Assembly: GCA_043228905.1 (NCBI GenBank)
Contig: JBHGNT010000014.1
Span: 16,120,001-16,184,000 of the forward strand
Direction: 5' to 3'
Length of the DNA: 64,000 bases
DNA from: Azolla caroliniana
Lineage: Eukaryota > Plantae > Polypodiophyta
Part shown: positions 50,756 to 62,464 of the stretch, piece by piece
Position numbering within the stretch: position 1 is the first letter of the stretch
Layout of the letters: the number at the start of each line of letters is the position of its first letter
Notes under the pieces: model-generated
The model's input: the letters and a program-made list of their open reading frames with translations, nothing else
Databases searched by the model: none
Told to the model about the DNA's origin: nothing
Position numbers and translations under genes: made by a program

Positions 50756-51019
50756 GAAGAGGTCGTTGCCTCTGTGTATTGCCGCCGCCTGTGGCGAAGA
50801 CAGTGAGCTCAAGGTTGTTGCCTTGTAGCTTCACCAGTGTACATCCCTGTTCATAGTGATAGTTTGGAGTTTGAGGACTCCCGTGGTTTTTTCCCATTTA
50901 GGGTTTTCCACGCAAAACATCCAGCGTACCTTTCTCTCTATTGTTTTGTGCATTTTGTATTTCCTGTTTTCTGTGAGTTGATCCTATTCCTCGGTTGTGT
51001 CCGAGCATTGTTTTCATCA
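45633..51019 (+). mobile_element. Young full-length Ty1/Copia element A
   Basis: LTRs at 45633-46267 and 50381-51019, differing by about 3 substitutions and GA-run length. TSD CTTAC/CTTAC, iMet PBS TGGTATCAGAGC at 46271, PPT GAAGGGGGAG. Confidence 0.97.
46298..50370 (+). pseudogene. Copia A gag-pol (Tnt1-like), broken by a single 1-bp deletion at about 48603
   Basis: CFHCGKPGHFRKNC, WVVDSGAS, LWHKRLCH, integrase, RT YVDDML and RNase H. A reads GGCCGAGACG where B reads GGCCGAAGACG. Confidence 0.93.
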
Positions 51020-52628
51020 CTTACCTCCATTCCCATTTCGTCTGTGTTTTGATTGTCATCAAGTGATCTACGCTTCGGTTGTGGTCGGAGATTAATCCAC
51101 GTATTTCACGTCAATTCAAGCCGCCCAAACAACATGGGTGGGATTTGAAAGGGTGCTTTTGGCTGAATATATGCTTGAAGACGCGTCGAGGATGACTCGT
51201 CATACGTTGATGAAGTGGATCAAGAAGAAGGGGAAGAACATGAACACATCGGGAGTGTACACCGAATTTGACCAAATGTACAACCGTCTCACGAGAACCG
51301 ACCAAACACTTCTCGAAGGAGATAAAGTTTTGTACTTCTTAAGGGCGGTGGATGCAAAAGATAGACAAGAACTAGGTAGTCTATTAGAGGATGAAGCACA
51401 ACCCAATGGTCTCATAACGGATTGGGTTGCGGTAAGAAGAGCATGTGATCGATTTGACAAACGTCGTCGATGGCTAGATGATTCTGACATGGCGGGCCTG
51501 GTAGTCCAAAGAAGGAAGGCTCCAATAGCAACTAAGATGACAAAGCAAAGCGAGCCAACCGAAAGAGCGATGGAGAACTCTGTCATTGAAGAGTTGGCAC
51601 GAAAATTCGAAGCGGTTTTGTTAGCTAATATGAGTCGTATAGGGCCGAAGGGGAAAGACCCATATAGATGTCTATGGTGTGATAGTGTTGATCATGCAAG
51701 GAAAGATTGTGCTAGCCTTCAAGAGGCAATTCGACAAAACCTTGTCTACATGGAAGGCAACATTATACACTCAAGTGAGACTCAAAAGCCCTTGCAAGTG
51801 AATTTCGGTAGGGGGGTCTAAAGAAAATCATGGATGAGGCTGATGCGAGCCATGTTGAAGCATTCTCCTGGTGGGCTTCTCTTTCCGGTTGTGTTGGCAC
51901 TAGTTCCCTCTGTGTTACTTGTATTTGGAGTTTCTTTGTCAGTTCCTTCTCTATCATTGTTCGTCTGGTCGTGTTTATGTTGCATCTTGCACCACACTTT
52001 TGGAAACGCGCACATTGTCGCTAACCGCACCCTCGCACAAACGTCGTTGCCATTCTTGTTCGCTCGCACATACTTTTGCCATTTCTCTTTCGCTCACACA
52101 TACTATCGCCGCATATCATTCCGTCATTAGTCGCTCACCGTTGATTAGATTTTTTGCTCTCTGTATAATTTCATCGCATCTATCCATCGACTACTTCCAA
52201 ACATCGTCACTGTCATTTGTACATTTCCGCCATTTCTTGCACATCGTGCTACCACGTATTCTTCTTGGACTTTTTCTTCAAAGAGGGTTCACCGTTGTGG
52301 TCGCCAAAATAGTTTAGGGTTAGGGATAACGTTTATGATAATGATGATTGGTGATGGTGTTGACAATCATTGCGGGGTGGGGTGGGGTGCCTAGAATGGC
52401 TCTGCCCCCCTCCCAAGGGGCTTCAACGTGAGAGAGAAGGAAGAGAAAGAAAACGAGATGACAAGAGAGAAAGATTGAGAGAGAACTATTCCTTATTCAT
52501 TCATTCCCCATAAGGGGTTAAATAGTTACAAAAGGGTAGATACACAGGGGTGCAAGCCCCCTTGCCCATTCTCACTAATCACTCAATCACACCTCTTCGT
52601 ATATGTCCCCATGCACACACTTGTGCAT

Positions 52629-53097
52629 GTGTTCACATACGTATTGACTCACACTCACAATTACACTTGTGCACATCACATACACATACACATACACATC
52701 AACAACATTATAACATTCCACCCTCACTCATCACACTTGACTCTCCGTACATCTTGTACGGTAACACTCAAAAAAGAATTGCAAAAGAGAAAAAACTAGA
52801 AAATCAAAAGAATCAGAGATGTATAATATACATTAGTCTTCTTCGTATACGTATTGACTCACACACATATAAAGAATCGAAGATGTGTTCACATACGTAT
52901 TGACTCACACTCACTATTACACTTGTGCACATTTACACATACACATACACATCAACAACATTATAACATTCCACCCACACTCATCACACTTGACTCTCCA
53001 TACATCTCGTACGGTAACACTCGAAAAAGAATTGAAAAAGAGAAAAAACTCGAAAATCGAAAGAATTGGATATGTATAATATACATTAGTCTTCTTC
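52629..53097. repeat. About 215-bp direct duplication
   Basis: GTGTTCACATACGTATTGACTCACACTCAC...CATTAGTCTTCTTC occurs at 52629-52844 and 52884-53097. Confidence 0.88.
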
Positions 53098-54987
53098 AAG
53101 AATGTGCAAGATGCTTGCCGACTGCTGCGAGTCATCTACTTTGGCAACTATTCCAGCTAGTTCGTGTGTCTTGCTCTTCGGTCCTTCGTTTCTTGGCTGA
53201 CATTTCCTTAGACATGTTCTGCGGGGTTGGTTCGTTGAGTGCATCGTCCAGGGTGGTGTGTTGATTGATCGGGTCTCCTTGCTCCTGCTCCTTGCGTATC
53301 GGCTCCTCGTTTCTCAATGTTGCCACTTGCTCGGTCGAGCTTCCTCGTGGGGCTTCTTCTTCTCCTTTTGTTGGGGCATCGGTTACAATCTCAGCTTGGA
53401 GTCGCTCCCATTCGTAATGCTCTAAGTCGAGGGCGAGTTGCAGTTGCTTGTCCTCGAAGTCCTGGAGGAGTTTCTTGACTTCCTCGTTGTGTGTCTGGGC
53501 GAGGGAGGAGAATTCCTCGGTGAGGTCTTCTTAGAGCAGTTGGATGTTGTTCTTATCCATCTTGTAAAATCTTCAACCCTCCTTTTTGCGATTCTCGTGG
53601 TCTGTTCGGAATATTTGTAATTCGACCACTTATCCCAACCATGTGTTCCATCTGTGCGATAGAGCTTCCTTGATCTACGAGTACAAATGTTGTCAATGCT
53701 TGGTTAGCAAAGCCTTAATCCGAGTTCTACATATCTCACTTTGTGCTCAAAACTCCTGCATGTCCTTGGCCAAGTCAGCATGTTGGGCGTACATAGCTTC
53801 CATTTGAGTCCTCATTTCTTTAAGTCGGTCCTCATAGTGGTCATGTTCTTGTTCTAGTTGTCGCGCTAGTTGAAACTCAGCTGCCTTAATAGCGTTTCTA
53901 GAATAGGCGAGTTCGTGTTGATACGTCTCAATTTCCTCGCTTTGCAGCCGATCATGAATTTGGAGGTCAAGCAACTATTGGTGGTGTCGGTTGAAATCGA
54001 CCAACATCGAGTTGTGTTGGTGGTTCGTGGTGGGTGGGTGCTTAGATACAAAGAGGGAAGAGGTGAAGAGCTTAGGTAGAGAGTATGTGTTTTCTTCTTT
54101 GCATGAAATGACTCTAGGCCTTTGCAAAAACGTTTTTTGTATCCCTTGTGATTTTCAAGGCGATGCGGTGTGCCCTAGATTTAGAATCCTTCTGGCCATG
54201 ATGAGGGTTAATGTCATGCGTTGGGAACAAACCTGTACTTGCTTTTCTTGAACTTGGTGCATGCGCATGCACTTTAAATACTGACTTGGTGGGCTTTTTT
54301 TTTTCATAATTAAACCTAATATATATGTTAGGGTAGGTTGGGTTGTTATTGTGATTGTGGTAAGGCGGAGTCGGTAGCCACTCTTTGACCTACCACCGAC
54401 GATTCTTGTTTCCGTGTCTCATCGGAAAAGGGGTCCGACGGTGTGTCCACCATTGACCCATTTTGGCATGACGTCACCCACTAAAGTGTCGAGTTGGTAT
54501 GTCTCGTTGAATTCATCAATGATCCAGAAGGGTCCGATCCAGCAGACCCGTAGATTATCCCTAGATTGGCCTTGGGCAAAGCATCCAACTAAAGATTTAC
54601 AACAATTGTTTGGGTGATGCATGACAAAAGTTTCCACCACTCTCAATATTGGGAGTCAGGGACATTATAGACATTCATGCATACTACATATCCCAATCAT
54701 TTCTTAGTTTCTCATGTTGGCGTTGCACGTGGGGATGCAAGAATAAGCCATCCTCCTAGATCAATGGTGGGGTTGGGAATTTGGAGGCTTGATGCTCGTA
54801 GCCTTGTCACAAGCTTAGATGACATATTTACACTTTCTTATTATAAGGAAGTTGCATAAATTTTGGTCATCAATTTTAAATTTGGTATTCAATCTTCAAG
54901 TTCACACTAATGGTACAAGGTGTTAATTTGAAGGATGTAATCCCGTATAACTTATGTTTATTCTTTCCTAAAAGAGAAGAGTTGTTT

Positions 54988-57900
54988 TGTTGGGATTACG
55001 GTCCCTTCGGATGGGATGGTCGGATATCGGAGATGAATGCCGACAAGCCCGGTTTCGGTTTCGGAACCGGATGATGAAGACCCCGGCTTCGGAGCCGGAT
55101 GACGAATGTACCCGGAGCGAGATCCGGATGCAGGGACATATCTGTGAATATGTTTGCCAAGGGCCCTTGAGGCTATAGTTGTAAATAGCCCCAAAGTCAT
55201 ATGTGTATAAATATGACTTAGGGCAAACAGTTTTGTTGTTGCTACTCATTTTTCTGTTTTTCCACTCAAGAGGAGTGAAGAGAGAGCAGCCGTGAGAGAG
55301 ATAGAGCGTGAGAGAGGAGGAGGTTGACGCCTCTGTGTATTTCCGCCGCCTGTGGCGAGGACAACGAGCTCAAGGTCGTCGCCTTGCAGCTCGCCATTGT
55401 ATATTTCTCTGTGCATAGTTTTGGTTTGGAGTCTTGTACTCCCGTGGTTTTTCCCGTCTAGGGTTTTCCACGTTAATCCCTGTGTATTCGTGTTCTTTCT
55501 CTGTGGTTCCTATTTTCTGCTGCATTGATTCGTGCTTACTCGGTTGTGGCCGAGTGGTGAAGGTTAATCGGAGCGTCGATTTCTCTACAAACTGGTATCA
55601 GAGCGACTGCTGCAGAAAATGGAAGGCGGCGGCAGCGGGCAGCCGGGGATGATGGTGCTGAATGCGCAGAATTACGCCGACTGGAAGATCAAGATGGAGG
55701 ATCTTCTGATTGTTCGGGACCTGTACGAACCGATCGACAGGTCGGAAATACCGAAGGGGGTACTTGAGTCGGAATGGAGGCTTCTGAACCGGAAAGCCGT
55801 AGCAACCATTCGGCAATACGTAGACGTGAGCGTTCTACAACATGTGGCGAACGACACCAACGCATATGAGATGTGGCGGAAGCTGTCGGGCCTCTACGAG
55901 AGGAAGAATGCGTTGAAGCGGACCTCCCTGATGAGGAAGATAGTGAACCTCAAGTACCGGGACGGCGAGAGTATGGTGGAACACGTAAGCACGTTCATGG
56001 GATTCGTGAACCAGCTTGCGGCGATCAAGTTCCCGCTGGAGGATGCAATGCAAGCCATCATTCTGATGTGTACATTGCCGGAAAGCTGGGAGAACTTGGT
56101 GGTGACTCTCAGCACCTCCTGCACCGAAGATAACTTGTCCCTACAAACGGTAAAGACAAGTATTTTGAACGAAGAAGCGCGTCGGAGAGATAAAGAACCG
56201 GCCTCCGATCCGAAGATGTTGTTTACCGAATCGGATCGGGGAAGACAACGGAACCGGAGTCCGCAAAGACGGGAGAAGTCGGGGACCCGGTCGCAGTCAA
56301 GAGGAAGACCCACATGCTTCCACTGTGGGAAGCCGGGGCACTTCCGAAAGAATTGTCAGCATTACCGAAAAGACAACGGAGCCGACGACACCGATTCGAA
56401 GAAGTCTTCGGAACGGAACGGTGCTTACCGGGGAGCCACGGACCGGAATGGTTCGGATCGGCGAGGGCAGGACAGGAAAGGAACGACGGCACTCGCGGCA
56501 AGTGAGGAAGAAATCATGCTCATCACCGAAGAAGGTGAGCTAAACATTGCCGGCGATGAGACGACCTGGGTGGTCGATTCCGGAGCGTCGTTCCACCTGA
56601 CCCCGGAAAGAAGATACTTCTCATCCTACACAGCCGGTGAGCATGGCTGTGTTCGGATGGGAAATGAAGGTACGTGCCGGATCGCCGGCATAGGAGACGT
56701 GTGGTTGACAACCTCGACCGGATGTAAAATGCTGCTGAAGGATGTCCGACACGTTCCGGAGGTTCGATTGAACCTGATTTCGGCCGGGAGGCTAGACGAT
56801 GAAGGCTACACAGGTAGCATCCGGAACGGCGTAATGAAGTTCAGCAAAGGGAGCCTGATAGTGGCTCGGGCCCGGAAGATCAACACACTGTACCTGATGA
56901 ATGCCTGGTTATGTCCGGAAGAGCTGAATGTGGCAGTCGACACTGCCGGTGAGCTGTGGCACAAAAGACTGTGCCACATGAGTGAGAAGGGGATGAAGAG
57001 GCTTGCAGAAGACAACCTTATTCCAGTGAAGCATGTGCACCTGGAGAAGTGCACCGATTGCCTGGCCGGTAAACAGAACCGAACCTCCTTCCACTCAAGG
57101 CCACCGACGAGACGTAGCGCACCATTGGAGTTGGTGCACACCGATGTGTGTCAGGTAGAAACGAAGTCACATGGCGGAGCCCAGTACTTCGTAACATTCA
57201 TAGATGATCATAGCCGAAGACTGTGGACGGCACCGATGAAGACAAAGGACCAAGTGTTGTCCGTCTTCAAAGAACTCCACGCGAGAGTGGAAAGAGAATC
57301 CGGCAAGAAGCTGAAAGCTATACGAGCGGATAACGGAGGGGAATACCGGGGACAGTTCCAGGAGTACTGTCGCTCGAAGGGAATCCGGCTCGAGTTTACT
57401 GTGCCGAAGACGCCGGAACTGAACGGGCTGGCCGAGAGGATGAATCGGACCATAATGGAGAGGGTCCGGAGTATGCTGGCGCATGCGGAATTACCCAAGG
57501 GGTTTTGGGCTGAGGCGATGTCGACGGCGACATACGTGATAAACAGATCACCCTCAGTACCTTTGGACGGAGACACGCCGCAGAGAGTGTGGACCGGTAG
57601 GGAAGTATCCTACCGGCATCTGAAGGTGTTCGGGTGTCTCGCATACGTGCATGTGGCAAAGGACCGGAGAGGAAAGCTAGATCCAAAGACCCGGCCATGC
57701 ATATTCCTCGGTTACAGCGATGACGAGTTCGGCTACCGAGTATGGGACCCGGTCGACAAGAAGATATTCCGGAGTCGTGATATCATCTTCATGGAGAACA
57801 AGACACTCGCCGACTGGGAGTCGGAGAAGAAGATGAAGAGCTCCAAGTCGACCGGTGAGGATCAACTCTACGAGGAGCAGTCCCGACCGGCAAGGGACCG

Positions 57901-60304
57901 GTTAGCACTCGAGGATCCGGCCGAAGACGGTGAAGAAACAGAACCGGCCGAAGAAGATGAAAATGATACCGGAACCGGCCCCGATCCCGAAATAGATTCG
58001 GATGAAGAAGAATCGGAAGAACCGGTTACCGAAGCTCCGGAACGGAGATATCCTCTAAGAGAGAGAAGGGCCCCCCGGAGATTTCCGGAACCAGAGCACC
58101 TGTTGCTAACCGACGAGGGGGAGCCGGAGAGCTTTGAAGAAGCAAAGCATGACACCCAGAGCCGCAGGTGGTTGAGTGCCATGCAGGACGAGATGGATTC
58201 CCTGCATGAGAACCACACATATGAACTTGTGGAGTTGCCGAAAGGAAAGCGGGCACTTCGAAACAAGTGGGTGTTCAAGCTGAAACCGGGAGATGCCGGA
58301 AACCCCCCGAGATACAAAGCCAGGATCGTGGTGAAGGGGTTTCAGCAAAAGAAGGGCGTCGACTTCGACGAGATATTTGCCCCGGTAGTGAAGATGACCT
58401 CCATCCGGACGGTGCTGAGCATAGCGGCAAGCATGGACCTCGAGGTAGAACAGATGGACGTGAAGACGGCATTCCTTTACGGTGACCTCGAAGAAGAAAT
58501 CTACATGCAGCAACCGGAAGGATTCGAGAAGAAAGGGAAGGAGCACCTGGTATGCCGGTTGAAGAAGAGCCTTTACGGACTGAAGCAGGCTCCCCGGCAA
58601 TGGTACCGGAAGTTCGACTCCTTCATGACCGACGAAGGGTACCTCAAAACGCAGTTCGACCACTGCGTGTTTGTGAAGAAGTTCGAAGGAGGAGACTTTC
58701 TAGTACTCCTCCTGTACGTGGACGACATGTTGATCGTCGGACGAGACCAGGTCAAGATACGGATGCTGAAGAAGGCTCTCCACCGAACCTTCTCAATGAA
58801 GGACCTGGGTCCGGCGAGACAAATACTAGGGATGCACATCATCCAGGACCGGAGCAAGAAGCAGTTGTGGCTGTCACAGGAAAAGTACGTGACAAAGGTG
58901 CTTAAACGGTTCAACATGTCGGAAGCAAGACCGGTCGGATCGACCCTCCCGGCAAACTGCAAGCTGTCCAGCAAGCAAAGTCCCAAGACAAAGGCTGAGA
59001 AGGAGGACATGATGAAAGTGCCATATGCCTCTGCCGTCGGAAGCTTGATGTACGCAATGGTGTGTACCCGACCGGACATAGGATATGTAGTCGGAGTGGT
59101 GAGCCGGTACATGAGCAATCCCGGCAAAGAGCATTGGAACGCGGCCAAGTGGATACTCCGATACCTGAAGGGCACGGCAAACGTGTGCCTCCGATTCGGC
59201 TCCGGTAAGCCCGAACTCGACGGCTTTACCGATTCGGATATGTCGGCTGATGCAGATACCAGCCGGTCCACATCAGGGTATGTGATGACGTATGCAGGGG
59301 GAGCTGTTTCATGGCAGTCGAGGCTGCAGAAGACGGTTGCGTTGTCAACCACGGAGGCGGAGTACATGGCAGTTGTTGAAGCCGGCAAGGAAATAATATG
59401 GATGAAGGACTTCATTAGAGAGCTCGGTATCCGGCAGGAGGAGTACCGACTCTACTGCGACAGTCAGAGTGCAATCCACCTTGCAAAGAACGCGGCCTAT
59501 CACTCCCGGACGAAGCACATCCAGCGAAGATATCACTGAATCCGGGAAAGGATAGAAGACAAGGAGTTCGTGCTGACGAAGGTCCACACGGACGAGAACG
59601 GATCGGATATGCTGACCAAGGTGCTCACGCCCGACAAGCTGGAAGCATGCCGGAAGAGGATCGGATTGGAGAGACATCCCATGCCGAAGTGAAGGGGGAG
59701 TTTGTTGGGATTACGGTCCCTTCGGATGGGATGGTTGGATATCGGAGATGAATGCCGACAAGCCCGGTTTCGGTTTCGGAACCGGATGATGAAGACCCCG
59801 GCTTCGGAGCCGGATGATGAATGTACCCGGAGCGAGATCCGGATGCAGGGACATATCTGTGAATATGTTTGCCAAGGGCCCTTGAGGCTATAGTTGTAAA
59901 TAGCCCCAAAGTCATATGTGTATAAATATGACTTAGGGCAAACAGTTTTGTTGTTGCTACTCATTTTTCTGTTTTTCCACTCAAGAGGAGTGAAGAGAGA
60001 GCAGCCGTGAGAGAGATAGAGCGTGAGAGAGGAGGAGGTCGACGCCTCTGTGTATTTCCGCCGCCTGTGGCGAGGACAACGAGCTCAAGGTCGTCGCCTT
60101 GCAGCTCGCCATTGTATATTTCTCTATGCATAGTTTTGGTTTGGAGTCTTGTACTCCCGTGGTTTTTCCCGTCTAGGGTTTTCCACGTTAATCCCTGTGT
60201 ATTCGTGTTCTTTCTCTGTGGTTCCTATTTTCTGCTGCATTGATTCGTGCTTACTCGGTTGTGGCCGAGTGGTGAAGGTTAATCGGAGCGTCAATTTCTC
60301 TACA
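54988..60304 (+). mobile_element. Young full-length Ty1/Copia element B (sister of A)
   Basis: 602-bp LTRs at 54988-55589 and 59703-60304, differing by about 5 substitutions. PBS TGGTATCAGAGC at 55593 and PPT GAAGGGGGAG. The flanks TGTTT and GTTCC are not a clean TSD. Confidence 0.96.
55619..59692 (+). pseudogene. Copia B gag-pol with a single premature stop (TGG>TGA at 59537-59539) in RNase H
   Basis: 1306-aa open frame covering gag to RNase H. After the stop the frame continues IRERIEDKEFVLTKVHTDENGSDMLTK...HPMPK*, as in A. Confidence 0.94.
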
Positions 60305-61039
60305 GTTCCATAGGGTTGCACTTGGCCCTTTGTCAAGCTATTTGTTTTAGGAAATCCTCCTTTATTTCTCTAAAGCTCATTGGTACCTCCTTGGGAAGTG
60401 TGAAACCATTTATTGGCTTGGTCATCAATGGTCAACCTAAAAGTTGCCTCTCTTGTGACATTATAATTTTTTTCATAAGCATTTAGGACTTGTTTGAGCC
60501 ATTTGATATTGTTTGTTGCATTGCCTTGCCCAATATATGTCGACACCATCTTGGTAATAAGGGCAACGTTATGTGGTTGCCAATGAGCTATTGTGGTTGT
60601 GGTATAGTTTGTTGTTGGCCTTCGATCATCAGTGTTGCGAACGAATGCATAACAAAGCAAAATGTTGACATCATGTCCAGCTTGGCACTTCGTGGGTATT
60701 GGAGTGTTATCTCTAATGGATGGTGGGTTTCGATAGAACCTTGTGGTTTGATCCATTTAGCAATTGGGGAATCTCCTTTTGGAATGGTCGAAATGCTTTG
60801 TTATCCTTATCATATGCTTACTTTAGAGCATACCTCTAACAATTGATATCCGAGCCATGTTTCTAATGTTTCATTTGTTGATTGTTTTCTTTTGATGGAT
60901 GACGATCAATCGGTGTGCGGTCGACCGTGATTCAGAAAGGCATTAACAAGCAAACTTCGGTAACTCTTCTCCCAATCTAATCATGTGTAGTCAATATGTT
61001 TTTTGTTTATTGATTCAATGATGTTGTAGTGGTAATGGA

Positions 61040-61320
61040 TTGGTTGTATAAAACATATACGTATGTGTATGAGATCAATACCTCATTTGGCATATATTTG
61101 ATATGTGATTTGTGTCATATGCACATGAGGCTAATACCTCAATTGCGTGTGACGTTCACATACATATGTTACGTATGCGTATGAGGTCAATACCTCAATT
61201 TGTATATAAATGATATGTGATTGGTGTCGTATGTGTAAGAGGTCAATACCTCAATTTGTATATAAATGATATGTGATTGGTGTCATAGTGTAAGAGGTCA
61301 ATACCTCAATTGCATATTAT
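61040..61320. repeat. About 55-bp degenerate tandem repeat, about 5 copies
   Basis: The GAGGTCAATACCTCAATT core recurs at about 61071, 61127, 61183, 61238 and 61294. Confidence 0.8.
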
Positions 61321-62464
61321 GTTCACCCTTATTTTAGGATGTTTTGGGTGCGTAGAGGCGAGACTATATGCCTCGATTACGTGTCTCGATTTCATCATTT
61401 TTTGGCTATTTTATGTTACGTTTTTTTTTTACTATACGCATGTGTGGTCACATGTATACGTATATTAGTTATTACATGATCTATATATCAAACATTGTCC
61501 TTTTCGAGGAAAGGATCTTGGTGGCCGTCATCACCATCCTTTTTTCAACAATTTTTTGTTGTCATCCCCGTTGGTCACTTTGATTTCGCTATGCGTTATA
61601 ACAAAACGATCATAGCCACAATGATGTTGAGAGTGTAGGTCTTGACCCACTTCATGTGAGGTCGCTCCTATGACACACGTATCCAACATCCCTCCCTAGT
61701 TACATGGATACGATGCCACCATGAGATCATCATTACGGAAGGCATTCGTAATGACGTACAACCATGTGATGGGCCATGTGGGCCTACTACGAAAAGAGGG
61801 CTATTTGGCTTGACCATTAGGTTGCACTTTGGTTTATGGCATCGTAATTATGAGGCTTGAGGTTAGGTAACATACCAACATAGTTTTGTCGTAAACGAGG
61901 GGGAAATAAGAACTCTCAACATATATGTTTTCTTTTAAAAAAACCTATATGGGCAAATTCCTTTGCATATCTCTTATCACATAAAATACTAAACCTTCAC
62001 TACGAGGAACCTATTTGGTTAGCTTAAGTGTTTAATGCATTTGTTCGCGAGGTCTTGAGTTCAAATATGACCAAGACCATACAACATTGTTGATGCATAT
62101 GACTATAAAACATGGGTGGGCATAGAGACATAGTTGACAGTTAACATTTTTCGTGTTTAAACTATTCATGACCGAAACATACATGGTTGAGCCTTGGGGA
62201 GCCACCATGAAAAAATCAATATAGAGATCAGGTAAGGACATTCATTTGTCACTCCCATGGTTTTTAAAACACATTTGTGTTACCATAGTAACATGATCTT
62301 GAACCTCATCTCATACATCTAGAGGGTATTGACGTGAGATCATGATATTGATTAATGTTTTCCCCGGATATGTTTACATCACGACATAATGTTATGACTA
62401 TTTTTCTAACCTTATCCTATTTCTTTGCCAGAAATTATCATTCAAAGGCTCATAATAACGACCC

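Larger units (their letters stand above)
44990..51113 (+). mobile_element. Copia solo LTR (44990-45632 plus 51025-51113) interrupted by Copia A
   Basis: Starts TGTTAGG and ends CGTCA, with a perfect 5-bp TSD ATTCA at 44985-44989 and 51114-51118. It shares GGTCCCT.CGGATGGGA, TATAAATATGAC.TAGGGCAAAC and GGACTCCCGTGGTTTTTCCC blocks with the LTRs of A and B. Confidence 0.88.
44715..51860 (+). pseudogene. Gypsy gag split by the solo-LTR/Copia insertion (44715-44989 and 51119-51860)
   Basis: MASSSNTQAD...GQFGGRNITDFLATYKMEM...LQGRIRKIQ continues as AAQTTWVGFERVLLAEYMLED...CLWCDSVDHARKDC (zinc knuckle)...PLQVNFGRG. Confidence 0.8.
52358..60760 (-). mobile_element. Internally deleted Gypsy remnant hosting Copia B
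   Basis: Gag-like pieces on both sides of B (TFRLTIDDQANKWF at about 60400; KQLFSFRKE..IRDYILQ at about 54950). Integrase C-terminus WIGPFWIIDEFNETYQL..KWVNG at 54420-54560, coiled-coil extra ORF at 53130-53980, and PPT GAAGAGG before a putative LTR at 52591-52358. Confidence 0.55.

Noticed and set aside
58573-59415. Long antisense ORFs in Copia A/B and the PPR gene
   Set aside because: These are shadow ORFs from GC-rich codon usage, and they are not conserved in extent between A and B.
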